From assembly GCA_950097015.1 (NCBI GenBank), contig CATNEN010000041.1, forward strand, positions 3,162,001-3,226,000: DNA of 64,000 nt. Direction: 5' to 3'. Shown here piece by piece: positions 10,868-23,304 of this stretch. The notes under the pieces were generated by a model. That model saw only the letters and a list, made by a program, of their open reading frames with translations, was not told the DNA's origin and did not search any database. A program made the position numbers and the translations under genes. Positions within the stretch are counted from its first letter, which is position 1. Each line of letters opens with the position of its first letter. This DNA is from Macrostomum hystrix (taxonomy: Eukaryota > Animalia > Platyhelminthes).

Positions 10868-12438
10868 GCAGTTGGGGGGAGGGCGCGGGAGCTCGGCGGG
10901 AAAGCCTGGGGACGGCGGAGTTTAAATTTAACTCCCCGCGCGTGCGCTGGCTTCAAACTCCGATCCCTGTCGGCCCGCAGTCCGGATCGCACTGGTTGGA
11001 GGGCGGTGCGGGGCAGAGACAGGGACTTGGGTCTGCGCGGGACAGAGGGGCGGAGGTTGGGTGGCAGCGACCCAAGGTCGAATGGGATCAATAGAGAGGG
11101 GAAGCCGGAGGTGGGCTGCCAGGCAACTGAGAGGTGGCGGGCCGTGGATAGGGCTGAGGCGCTGAGCCGATTGCAGGCCGCATTCGCCGGGCGGCTGTCT
11201 TCTGTCTGGCTGTCTCGCACCGCTCAGCAGGGAGAATTCAGACCAGAGGGAAGCCTTTGTGTTTTTTCCTTATCGCTTCGGCGTCACCTTCAACTTCTTT
11301 TCATTCTGCTCACCGGCTCGGAGAAGGCGGAGGACGGCCGAGGCGGCTGGGAGCTGCTGCTCTCGCGACTGATTAATTTCTCTCCAGCCTGAAATTCGGA
11401 TGGGGGTCGGGAAGGCACGCTGATGACGGAGCTGCAGCTGCAACACTTGCGGGTGCGCCTCAGACTACTGGCGCAGTGAGTAGTGCGGGCTGGCACTAAT
11501 AGTAGCTCGAGTGCTATTTTAGGAGCCGTGCGCGCGCAGCCGCCATGTCTCCCAGCTGTCTGGCACACCCGGCCTCTTCGAGCCTCCAAGCAGCTGACGC
11601 GAATGCTTCTCGGAGCTCCAGGCAGCTCTTGAGCTGCTCTCGCTGGCGTGGGCACAGGAGAGTGCTTCAGCCGCCAGGCAGTGGGGGTGGGCTACCGGAA
11701 ATTCGCTCTTTGACTCAAATTTTTGCTATTTTACGACTGCGGGGCAGTTTCTTTCAGAGCTCGCCAGCTTGCTAGTGCATTCGATTAGTTAGTGACAGCG
11801 ACTTCAAGTTATGCAAGGAGGCAGATATGGAAGCCATTCGAACTCATGGGATTGGGAACGTGTCGGAAATCCGCTAAGACCAGACATGCCACAGCTTTAT
11901 TTGTTCATTTCTTTCAAACATTACTCAGCTCAGACTGCCAACAGTTAACTGAGTTTCTTCGAAAAACCAAAGGCCAGGTGGGCTTACAATAATGCTACGG
12001 CTGCAATCGCTTCTGCCATTCTTCACCGGCCTCCGTCATCGCTGAGCACTGGTCAGCTGTTTCCGCTTCTCCCATTCTTCACCGGCCTCCGTCATCGCTG
12101 AGCACTGCTCAGCTGTTCTCGCTTCTCCCATTCTTCTCAAGTGGCGCCAGGACGAGAAAAAAGCAGCAGTCAGCGCGTCTCCGTGATCCCTTATCACCAG
12201 TCGAACGGGATCAGTCCCAATTATCGCTCATGGCTTTATCAGTTTCCCAATTTCGAACGGGATCAGCGAGCGGCTCGCCTAGCGATGATGGGAGAAATGG
12301 GATGAGCATTCGGGGCCTGCAGAGTAAACATTTTTAGCGGCTTGACTGAAGCTCAGAAGTGCAACTTTTGGCATGTTGGCAATTCGGGTGTCTCCATGAG
12401 CAGTGCTCAGGTCCTCTGCGGGACAGCTTGGGAATCCG

Positions 12439-14017
12439 CAACTGGCTGCTGTAGACTCTGATTGCACAGCACCAATTCAGTCAACTGGCTGCTGTAGACT
12501 CTGATTGCACAGCATCAATTCAGTCAACTGGCTGCTGTAGACTCTGATTGCACAGCATCAATTCAGTCAACTGGCTGCTGTAGACTCTGATTGCACAGCA
12601 CCAATTCAGTCAACTGGCTGCTGTAGACTCTGATTGCACAGCACCAATTCAGTCAACTGGCTGCTGTAGACTCTGATTGCACAGCACCAATTCAGTCAAC
12701 TGGCTGCTGTAGACTCTGATTGCACAGCACCAATTCAGTCAACTGGCTGCTGTAGACTCTGATTGCACAGCACCAATTCAGTCAACTGGCTGCTGTAGAC
12801 TCTGATTGCACAGCACCAATTCAGTCAACTGGCTGCTGTAGACTCTGATTGCACAGCATAAATTCAGTCAACTGGCTGCTGTAGACTCTGATTGCACAGC
12901 ATCAATTCAGTCAACTGGCTGCTGTAGACTCTGATTGCACAGCACCAATTCAGTCAACTGGCTGCTGTAGACTCTGATTGCACAGCACCAATTCAGTCAA
13001 CTGGCTGCTGTAGACTCTGATTGCACAGCACCAATTCAGTCAACTGGCTGCTGTAGACTCTGATTGCACAGCACCAATTCAGTCAACTGGCTGCTGTAGA
13101 CTCTGATTGCACAGCACCAATTCAGTCAACTGGCTGCTGTAGACTCTGATTGCACAGCACCAATTCAGTCAACTGGCTGCTGTAGACTCTGATTGCACAG
13201 CACCAATTCAGTCAACTGGCTGCTGTAGACTCTGATTGCACAGCACCAATTCAGTCAACTGGCTGCTGTAGACTCTGATTGCACAGCACCAATTCAGTCA
13301 ACTGGCTGCTGTAGACTCTGATTGCACAGCATAAATTCAGTCAACTGGCTGCTGTAGACTCTGATTGCACAGCACCAATTCAGTCAACTGGCTGCTGTAG
13401 ACTCTGATTGCACAGCATCAATTCAGTCAACTGGCTGCTGTAGACTCTGATTGCACAGCACCAATTCAGTCAAATGGCTGCTGTAGACTCTGATTGCACA
13501 GCACCAATTCAGTCAAATGGCTGCTGTAGACTCTGATTGCACAGCACCAATTCAGTCAACTGGCTGCTGTAGACTCTGATTGCACAGCACCAATTCAGTC
13601 AAATGGCTGCTGTAGACTCTGATTGCACAGCACCAATTCAGTCAAATGGCTGCTGTAGACTCTGATTGCACAGCACCAATTCAGTCAACTGGCTGCTGTA
13701 GACTCTGATTGCACAGCACCAATTCAGTCAACTGGCTGCTGTAGACTCTGATTGCACAGCACCAATTCAGTCAACTGGCTGCTGTAGACTCTGATTGCAC
13801 AGCACCAATTCAGTCAACTGGCTGCTGTAGACTCTGATTGCACAGCACCAATTCAGTCAACTGGCTGCTGTAGACTCTGATTGCACAGCACCAATTCAGT
13901 CAAATGGCTGCTGTAGACTCTGATTGCACAGCACCAATTCAGTCAACTGGCTGCTGTAGACTCTGATTGCACAGCACCAATTCAGTCAACTGGCTGCTGT
14001 AGACTCTGATTGCACAG
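12439..14017. repeat. 43-bp satellite, ~37 highly homogeneous copies
   Basis: Unit caactggctgctgtagactctgattgcacagcaccaattcagt, with only sporadic single-base variants. Confidence 0.97.
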
Positions 14018-14539
14018 TTTATACTTGTATTTTACTAAAGGACACAAATTGCTATAGTGGTACTAGGAGTCGGAAATGGAACCCCTGACCTTTAATTCGT
14101 GAGTCTGAAGCTCAAACCACTAGGCAACAGCCCCCCACAACCCATTGAGCAGTTGGATGTATTAGCATAGATTTCTACTGAGGCGAGTGACTTACCGCAG
14201 GGCTCCGCAGAGGGTGTCTCGGTGTCACGGGCTGTTCCCACCAGGCAGGGAGGAGAGCCGAGGGCTGCTGCAAAAAGCGAATCCGCTCCGACTTCGCGTC
14301 CTAGGCGCGCATTAGAAGCCGCGGTGTTGGGGCAGGCGGCCATGGGACTGCCGCCCCGGGCTGTCCAAGAGCCAATGGGACAGGAAGGCAATTGCCGGCA
14401 GGGGTCTGCAGAAGCCCACAGAGTGCAGCGGGCAGGGGGATTTGGCTTCGCAAGAATGACACGTGAGATTTCCTGGCATGGCGAAGCAGCTGGCAGCGCC
14501 TCCCAGTTCGCCCTGGCTTCCTCTCAAATTGTCTGGACG

Positions 14540-14652
14540 GCTGGACTGAGGGAGTGGGATAGCTGGACTGAGGGAGTGGGACAGCTGGACTGAGGGAGTG
14601 GGACAGCTGGAATCAGGGGAGTGGGATAGCTGGACTGAGGGAGTGGGACAGC
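14540..14652. repeat. 22-bp G-rich tandem repeat, ~5 copies
   Basis: Unit ctggactgagggagtggga(t/c)ag. Confidence 0.85.
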
Positions 14653-15984
14653 AATTAGGGGGTGAATCCCAGTCTGAGGGCACGAACCAGATGGTTGGTG
14701 AAGGCAAGTCCTGGCTTTTCAGATCCTGGTGTTCGAATTTTCAGACAATGAGAAACGCTTTCGCCGCCTTATCTAGCGAAATTAAGTTGATTTCGAATGC
14801 TCAGAACGTCGTAGAAGGCGCACTTTCATAATTGTTGTAGCTGCAGGTTTACCATGATTACAGATTGTCGAATGGTCGGCAATTGTATTGCAATGGTTGG
14901 ATGGGATTAAGTAGTAGCTCGTACTCTCCGATTTATTGATTTCGCGTGAATGCTAAAAAATTTGAGCAGCATTACTACTCATGTGTCAATCTGGACAAGT
15001 GAGAGTTTTCCCAGCTCGCTGAATCATTCTGGCCGGCTCGCAGAGAGCCTTGTGTTCGGAGCCGCTGCGGGCCAGCGGAAAGCGGAACAAGTCCGAGATG
15101 GCCAGCTAATGCGGGAGCAGCCGGCTGTGAAATTGGACTCCGGAATGAAGCTGAAAACTGGCGCCCCCCCTGCGAGATCGCTTGATTTATCGCGGCTCCG
15201 AGATCGCAAGTGCACAGCCCGGCCTGGCGTAACTTCTGCTGAGCGAGCAGCCAGTGCACTTTTAACCCGGCGGGGTAAACAGGCCTGGCGCCCAGCGAGC
15301 ACTTTAGCTCCCTGATGCACTCGACTTGAGCAGCCTCTGAGGCGAGCTCGAGTCTCCAACAGCCCCGCAACCAAAAGAAGTGAGCTCGAGAAAGGCTGGC
15401 AGCAGACACGGTTCGTTCGGACTGAAGCCTCCTGGCCATGTTACAAAGAGGCAGGGACAGTGCGCCTTCAAGTTTAATTTAAACCGTTTCAATTAGCCCT
15501 GTAGCAGGGTGTCCGAGGAAAACAACTCAAAATATTAGCAGCAGGAATAGAATTAAAAACAAACACACATGTGCGACAGTGACTACACGGCCAGCTATAA
15601 AATAGTAAAACGTTGCGCACTTACAAAAACTGGTTAAAAAACGTTCGGACAGTCTGGCTCATTTCTATTTACACCCTACCTGCCTGCATAGTTATTTGTA
15701 CAATTATCATGGCCAGTCGAAATAATAACTAATATTGTGCTTTGCCTGCTCTTATTGGGCTGGTCAGGGCAGGAGAATAAGCATGCGTGGTGTGCCCAAA
15801 GATGCCCGTGTTTGTGCGGCGGCAGCTCGAGCGAAAAATCCAAGCAAATGTCAAGGCCGGAAAGAGTAGGGCGAACAAAAGCGCGCACCTGAGATGCGGC
15901 GGGCGGTGGGGAGTGCATACGGCAATTCACACTAACTTGATCGGCAGTACAGCAACAGAGAGAAAGCTGGAAGCTGCGCAATAT

Positions 15985-16460
15985 GCGTACACTGGGGTGG
16001 TGGGTGGGCCAGGGAGGAGTAGAGAATGTGTGTACACTGGGGTGGTGGGTGGGCCAGGGAGGAGTAGAGAATGTATGTACACTGGGGTGGTGGGTGGGGC
16101 TGGGAGGGGTAGAGAATGTGTGTACACTGGGGTGGTGGGTGGGCCAGGGAGTCGAGGGGTAGAGAATGTGTGTACACTGGGGTGGTAAGTGGGCCAGGGA
16201 GGGGTAGAGAATGTGTGTACACTGGGGTGGTAAGTGGGCCAGGGAGGGGTAGAGAATGTGTGTACACTGGGGTGGTAAGTGGGCCAGGGAGGGGTAGAGA
16301 ATGTGTGTACACTGGGGTGGTAAGTGGGCCAGGGAGGGGTAGAGAATGTGTGTACACTGGGGTAGTGGGTGGGCCAGGGAGTCGAGGGGTAGAGAATGTG
16401 TACACTGGGGTGGTGGGTGGCCAGGGAGGGGTAGAGAATGTGTGTACTCTGGGGCGGTGG
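15985..16460. repeat. ~45-bp G-rich minisatellite, ~10 copies
   Basis: Unit gtgtacactggggtggtaagtgggccagggaggggtagagaatgt, with indel variants. Confidence 0.9.
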
Positions 16461-17816
16461 GTGGAACTGGGATTTCTAGGACAGCGGCCAGCATGCGCAC
16501 TGGAGCAGTAAAAATCGGTGGGAATTAGCAAAAGCTGAACGAAGTTTATAAACTTGGGCACAGTGTTTCGAAAAGCTTATTTTACAGGCCTGTTGATGCA
16601 GAACAAAGACAGGAGAAGATGAACAAAGGTCGCAAGAAGCTAGAAAAAAGTACCAAAGCTTGCTAAGCAAAAGCTCTATACAACAAACAAGAAACAAGCA
16701 ACACACAAGTAGCTCAATGCTACAGGGCAGTCTTCTAATTTGTGTAGCATAGTAGAGACAATGTGTACCGCGGCACAGGTAAAGCAGGTGTAGGTGTACC
16801 AAAGAAACCGTCTGGAGTTGCTTGGGGGGGCAGGAGAAAGCGGCATCCTCCTCACTGCCGCACTCTCCTGGAGTCGAAAATGAGGAGGCGAGGAGCGAAA
16901 TGAGCGGTGCCAGCGGCAGCGGAGGAGCGCCAAGAAGGCGGGCCGCGGTCGGAGAAGCGAAGCGTGAGAGCGGAGGGTGCGGCGGGACTCCCCAAAATCG
17001 AGGACTATTGAAAAAGGGTTTGAAGCAATATGCAAGGCAATAATAAGCAATACAAGCGAAAAGAGCCGACCAGACTACTGACGACCATCTCATTAAGTAG
17101 TGTCTGTCGAGCATGAAAACTCGATGAAAAGCAAGCTCGATGACGCAGAGTGAGAAGCAGGAAATAAATTCTGTGGGAGCAGAGGAATAGATTGGTAACT
17201 AAATCAGTCAGGAAAATAAAATTGGGCCTAAATGACATTAAATTTGGGTCAGGTAGTGAAAATACTGACAATAATTAAAAACCTGTGCTAAGTGATTTGA
17301 CAGAACTATTTGCTATGACTCTAAAGTATTACGGTAGACTATAAGTAAAAATATATTAGCAGCAAGAATAACAAAAAAGCTAGCTCAGTGCAACCCTAGC
17401 ATGGTGCGCCGCGGCTGTTGCCAGGCCAGACTGCGCATTTCCCCAGGCCGACAGGAAGCAGCCCGCTAACAGTTCAAGAGAGCACAATGCAGCAGGCCAA
17501 TTACGCTGAAGTTGCGTTTGGTAACAACAAGTCTTCCCTGGGCAAGATTTAACTGAGCATACTTTGAGCAACTCTGAGAGGGAGAGTGAGTAGAGCGAAC
17601 CCCAGAGTTCTTAGTCAATCAGGGACGAGCAGGATGCATGGGTTGAAAAAGTTACAAAGGCGCGCATAAACATGCTTAGAAAACCCGGAGAAATTGTTGC
17701 GTGTTAGCGAACCGAACAAAATTTGCACTATACGGCAAATTCTGTCTTCCGCCTGACAGAATGAAGCAAGCAACATTGCGCCACAAGGTTAACGAGGGTC
17801 ACCGGTGGCGATAGGC

Positions 17817-18745
17817 TTAAAAACCAGGCGGTGGCGGCGGCAAATCATCCGGATTGAAGCTGTGCTGCTGCTGCTGCTGCTGCGAGAGCGGCGGTGGAGG
17901 GGGCGGCGGGGGTGATTGCTGCTGTTGCATACGCGGCTGCTGATATTGTGGCTGCTGCTGCGATTTCTGATATGGCGACTGCTGCTGCTGCGGCTGTTGA
18001 TACGGCGACTGCTGTTGCTGAAGAAGTCCCGGATAAGAAGTCTGCCGATGCGTGGCCAACTGCGACTGTTGCTGTTGGTGCTGCATCATCAGCAGCTCCG
18101 GTGGAATGGGCGGCCTTCCGCCTCCGCTGCGCGCCATAGCAGCCGACACGGTGGCAGCGTGACCAGCGCCTGTCGAGCTGCCGCTTGAGGCCACAGAGGC
18201 AACAGCGGCGGCTGCAGCTGCAGCTGCGGTGGCTGCGTAGTCGGCGCTGACTCGGCGCTCCTGAAGCTGCTGCTGGAATGCCGGGGCGCTGCCAGCGCTG
18301 CGATGAAGAAGTCCAGCGCCGCCAGCGGCACCCGTGATGGAGAACTTTCGCTTGGCGGTGCGCTGCAGCTCGCTCAGATTGGAGTACACGGGCGCCGGGA
18401 GGCCCTGGTCAGGGTACAAGGTCTGCTCCTCCTCCTCCTCCGAGTCGCCGCCGCTGCTATCCTCGGTCTCGCCACCGGCTCCCGTGGCACCGCCGGTTGC
18501 CGGCGACTCCCGCTTACTCTGCGGCTGCTGGCTCACGAGAGCAGGCGGCGGTTGCGGAGGCGGCACGGCTGGAGTAGAAACTGGCTGCGGCTGCGGCGGA
18601 GCCGGTAGCTCCTGGCTAATGAAACCGCTGTCGCTGGAGGCCCCATGGCTTCCTGGCCGCAGAGTGTGCGCTGGCATGCCTGGTAGCAGAACGCCACCGG
18701 GGGCGCCGGGCGGCGGCGCGCGGGCGCAGAAAGAATCCGCGCTGC
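17817..18745 (-). CDS. MTSS1: MTSS1/MIM-like I-BAR protein, exon 5 (Ser/Pro/Gln-rich C-terminus)
   Basis: Contains SSDSGFISQE, matching the MTSS1 SHDSGFISQD motif. Acceptor caacag|GC at 18746/18745 is phase 1, compatible with the exon 4 donor. Ends LPPPPPGF-TAA. Confidence 0.8.
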
Positions 18746-18864
18746 CTGTTGAGGCGGGAGTAGAGAAATGCATTGGTGCTCGGCGTTAGGGTTTGAAATC
18801 GCGTGATAATTCTTATAGCATATAAAAATAATTTCTTTTTGACTAAAATGGCATTCAAAGATAA

Positions 18865-18997
18865 CTGAATCCTAAGTGTGAGATGTTATAGCTGAATCCT
18901 AAGTGTGAGATGTTATTGCTGAATCCTAAGTGTGAGATGTTATAGCTGAATCCTAAGTGTGAGATGTTATTGCTGAATCCTAAGTGTGAGTTGTTAT
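18865..18997. repeat. 27-bp tandem repeat, 5 copies
   Basis: Unit ctgaatcctaagtgtgagatgttat(a/t)g. Confidence 0.9.
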
Positions 18998-20011
18998 GCA
19001 TGGCTCAATCCTAAGTTTCTAGAAGCTTTTGAAATCGGCACTAAAAGCTAGTGTTAGATAAAATGAAGCATAACATAAGAAGACAAATGAAACTGAGTCA
19101 AGAAAGTTTGGAGAGTCGGGCAAGCATGTAATGGCTCCTCAGCCGCAAAGCAAAACTTCATTAGCCATCATTGGGTCAAAATGTTGGAGTTCGCAGCTGG
19201 AAGATTTCGCAGGCAGTTTTTGGTGCGCACGCAATTGGGCTCATCAAAGCAGCAATAAGTTTTGTGCCACGCGCTGTCAAGCTCCCAAGAAGTGATGGAG
19301 CGGCAATAAAATTTGCCAGTGCCCAAGTGGCCAGGCAAATATACATAATGCAGAAGCTCATGGGGCTGCTCAAAATTGAATCAGCCAGCTCACTGGGAGC
19401 CCACTGAGGCATACGAGCCGTGGCCGGAATATGGCCTGGCGGCTAAATGTTTAACAGCAAGTAAAAATGCATTTCGACCAGTCGAGGGCCGAATCGACAG
19501 ACACCAGGCCTTGAAGCGGATAGAGGTTTGAGGCCTGACGGACTTCGGGGGCGGGGAAACACAGGCAGGAGCAGCCCCAGTCAACTTATTTTGAATGAGA
19601 AAAAATTGAAAAACTCGAGCGGCTGGAGGCGCCGACAAAGAGAATTAAGGGACCAGGGAGAGGGCACAGCGCAGCAACTCCTGAAGGCCAATAGCCACCT
19701 CTCCTTATCGCCCAAGACGGCCTCTCACTCCAAGGCTCCCCACAATGTCTGGGGCAAACTCTCAGCCAGTCAGTCAATGCCATAAGTGAAGCAACAGGAA
19801 ACCCAAGCTATAATGGCGAAGCATCTGACGGTCTGTGTTGACGATGAGAAAATCAACAAAGGCTTTTAAAGAGGAAGCAAAAAGAACTATAAAGTAAAGG
19901 CTTTAAACAAAATCTCTGAGAGCATATCTATCCATGACAAGAGAACATTAGGATTTCCTAAGTTAATGGAATGGTAAAGACAATGAAACAAAGACTGTAG
20001 GCTGAACTAAC

Positions 20012-20535
20012 CCAGAGAGTTAAGGCTGGGGGCCGGGCTGGGCGCAGAGCTAGAACTGCGGCTGGTGCCGGCTGCACCATGAGCCGACTGCGGCATCGGC
20101 GGACTTGGCGGCGGCTCCGGTGTTGCCTCCTGACCGAGTCGCTCGGCGAGGTCGCGTAGGTGGCTAAATTCGTCAGTGAGGTTGCACAGAATATCCAGCG
20201 CTGGCTTCAGGCAGGCCAGGAAGAAGCACAGGCGGGAGCGGCCCTCGTGGCTGGCGCGCCGATGCCAGCGCTTCTCCACATCCAGCAGGCGGGCATGCAT
20301 ACGGCTCGACTCGCCCATGGCGCGCTCCAGCTGCTCCTCCAGCTCCGAGCCTCGGCGGCTGCCGCTGGCCGACTGACGCTTCTTGCTGAGCCGCACGGAC
20401 TCACTGCTGGCCTTCTTTGCCTCGGCCCGGTGCCGCTTTAGTTCTTTCAATCGGTCCTTCTCCAGCTGCGCGGTTTGCCGGCGCCAGTCTTCCAGCTTGT
20501 CCGCCATCGGCGTTGCCAGACTGTCCTGCAGGTGC
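20012..20535 (-). CDS. MTSS1: MTSS1-like exon 4 (C-terminal half of IMD/I-BAR domain)
   Basis: QDSLATPMADKLEDWRRQTAQLEKDRLKELKRHRAEAKKASSE...EGRSRLCFFLACLKP aligns by eye with MTSS1 IDCLINPLQEQMEEWKKVANQLDKDHAKEYKKARQEIKKKSSD...EERGRFCTFISMLRP. Acceptor tccag|G phase 2; donor G|GTTAGT phase 1. Confidence 0.88.
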
Positions 20536-20567
20536 CTGGAGGACGGGGAAGTGATGCAGCTATATGG

Positions 20568-20868
20568 TTGGGATGCTGGGCTGATACGAGGGGTTGGGGT
20601 GCTGGGCTGATATGATGGGGCTGGGATGCTGGGCTGATATGATGGGGCTGGGATGCTGGGCTGACACGATGGGGCTGGGATGCTGGGCTGATATGATGGG
20701 GCTGGGATGCTGGGCTGACACGATGGGGCTGCGATGCTGGGCTGACACGATGGGGCTGGGATGCTGGGCTGATATGATGGGGCTGGGATGCTGGGCTGAC
20801 ACGATGGGGCTTGGATGCTGGGCTGATATGATGGGGCTGGGATGCTGGGCTGATATGATGGGGCTGGC
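20568..20868. repeat. 27-bp minisatellite, ~11 copies, next to the exon 4 acceptor
   Basis: Unit gatgctgggctga(tat/cac)gatggggctgg. Confidence 0.92.
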
Positions 20869-23304
20869 ATGTTGGAGGAATTGAGTTAGGCAGCCACAAT
20901 GAAGCATTCTTGACAGTAACGCAAGGACAACAGCACTTTCAGGCTGAGTAATTTTTCCCCTGCTAAAACGAGTACAAGTGGGGGGGGAAATTCACTAGTT
21001 CAAACTCACAGTAGGCCTTAAATAATTTTGCCAAACAAACTAGAAATAAATTACAAGCTTGTATATCTTATATCAAACTCCTTATGAGTGACAAGGTAGA
21101 TAAACTGCAGAAGCGATTCTTGTGCGCAGTCTCAAGAGAAGCAGGGAGCTTTTTCTTCGGGGCCGTCGGGAAGCCAAACGGGCGAAAGGGAGAGGAGCAG
21201 CGCAGTCACCAGAATGCACATACAAGCTCGGCAGCTCAGAGCTGGGCCTCCCCTTCACTGCCCCAGCTACCGTCTACCCACATCGATTCTGACCGGCCGT
21301 GATTTATGAGGCAGGCTGGAGCATTCCCCAAGGAGACCAGGAGGACACGGAATGGCTGGGCAAGGACAGGTCAATTAGAGAGAAGGCCGGAGCCAGGCTA
21401 GCAGCCACTAATGCGAGGTAACTCGGTGGGTGGCCCGCGGCGACAGGCGGGCTGTTTTTACTGCCGAGCTGCACCCTGGGAGCGGAGCCGAGCTCAGGGC
21501 GAGGCCGGGCTCTGTGGCACATTGCAGGACGCTGTCGGCTCCCACAAGGCACACAGCCCACGCAGGCTAAGCGGATGGGGGTTGGAGTAGAAATCGATGC
21601 CGCACCCAACCCTTCATCTAACAAACTCCCAGCCTCCCCGCTCCCCTTCATCAGTCCCACCCCACACACGCCTGCTGCCCAGCTGCCACTAGAAATCCCC
21701 ACTGAACTGCCTCTCTCTCTAACCCCTCATTCACATTCAGCATTATCCCCGATGCCAAAAACTGTCGGACCGGGCAGCCCCTCCTACCAGCTCCCAGTCC
21801 GCATCCCACACATGGGGAAATGAGGCCCTGGGCTGAGGGTCAGGAAGAAAGAGACGTCAGTAGACTGAATGAATTTGGGAGAACTTGGCCAACACCCACC
21901 CCCGGTCTGGTTCTCCGCTGCCGACCCCACCGGTGCCAGCGCAACCCGTCCGCGAGGGCAGGGTGGAAAAGTGCAGGCGGCGGCGGATACATTAACAGCA
22001 GTTATGCTAGCAAAGAGCCGCAATAGACAAGGGAGTCTGGTTTGTATCTGGGGATCAGGGGATTTGACCTCTCTGGTAGCTGGCACAGGCACGGGAGACC
22101 CCACGCAAATCAATTTTTAAGCTTTCACACAGTATCGTCTCCACTCTAACAGACAGGCGATGATTGCAATGCGCTCATTGTCAGCAAGGAACTATTTTCG
22201 CACAGCAAGCCATAGCTCTCCGGCACTTGTAGGCAGTTTCAGGAAAGGCAGATAAAGTTATTGTGCAATGTTTGGGCTCTGCATAACTAAGGCGACACCC
22301 AAAGCTAGGCTAAAGGACGAGACAAGCGCCCTGATATGTGCTTCGGGCAGTCGGCATTGAGCACGAGCTGTCCCCACCTGGCCGGCTGCCAAGAGCGCTT
22401 AGGCCCGCCAGAATGGGAGACCGCACTTCCCAGTCGATAAAACAGGCCCGCGCCACACACAAGCGCAGACAGGCCAGCCACGCAAGGGGAGAGCTGCAGC
22501 ATTAAATAGTCCAGGGCAGGGAGAGCTTCTCCGCTCTTGTCAGTCAGAGCAGAGAGAGGCAGGGAAAGCTCAGTCCAGCTCAGATCCCAAATTTCTCACG
22601 CTCTCGTCATTGCCACTGCGCCCCGCTCCCCAGGATTTCTGGGGCAATGAAAAGAAAACAAATTAACGCCGCAGGAAAGAGCGCTGAGGATTTGGCGAGC
22701 AATGCCTGCTAAAAATATCCTCGGTGTGGAAGTGAGTCATCGTAAAAATAACCAGAGCTGTAGAAATTCTGAGCTCTTGAGTCTGAGCATAGAGGGGAAA
22801 GGAGAATGGGGAATCCAGATCTAGACACAACTCAAGGTGCCGCTGCAGCCCGGAAGGCTTGGGGCTGAGATCTTAAGTCACGCAACCCTAAATCCGCTGT
22901 TGGTCGTCTTTTGAGTTTCTATTCTCAAGAGCACGAAGGCCAGAGAGGGGAACTGGTGTGGTGGTGTGAGTCCCGGATGCAAAGGCCATTGCTGAGGCTG
23001 GCTGCTCTTCTGTGCGCATGGCGAGGAGCCGCATAGAAGCCAGCTTTAGAGCAGGGCTGCAAGAGTACTCGCAATGCCAAACAAGCGGCTAGGAAGGAAA
23101 AGCTGAGAGAACTTAGAAATTGCCCACCAGCTCAGCACTGTGAACCGCATCCGGGATTCCGGGCCTGTGCTCTTATAATATTAGAATGCATAACAGCGTC
23201 AGAGCTACGGATATCTTCGCGCACACAGGAATTGTTGCTGGGCAAACTGGCGAAAGCAGCTGTGAATAAAGCAGTCAGTTGGGGTAAGATGGAATGGGTT
23301 GAGA

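Noticed and set aside
1911-14652. GACT/AGTC tetramer shared by most arrays in the first 15 kb
   Set aside because: A 4-mer is too short to separate from chance or composition without a statistical test.
14092-17571. Assorted 60-210-aa ORFs between Kv2 and MTSS1
   Set aside because: No recognisable domain or consistent splice structure; overlapping frames on both strands suggest random GC-rich ORFs.
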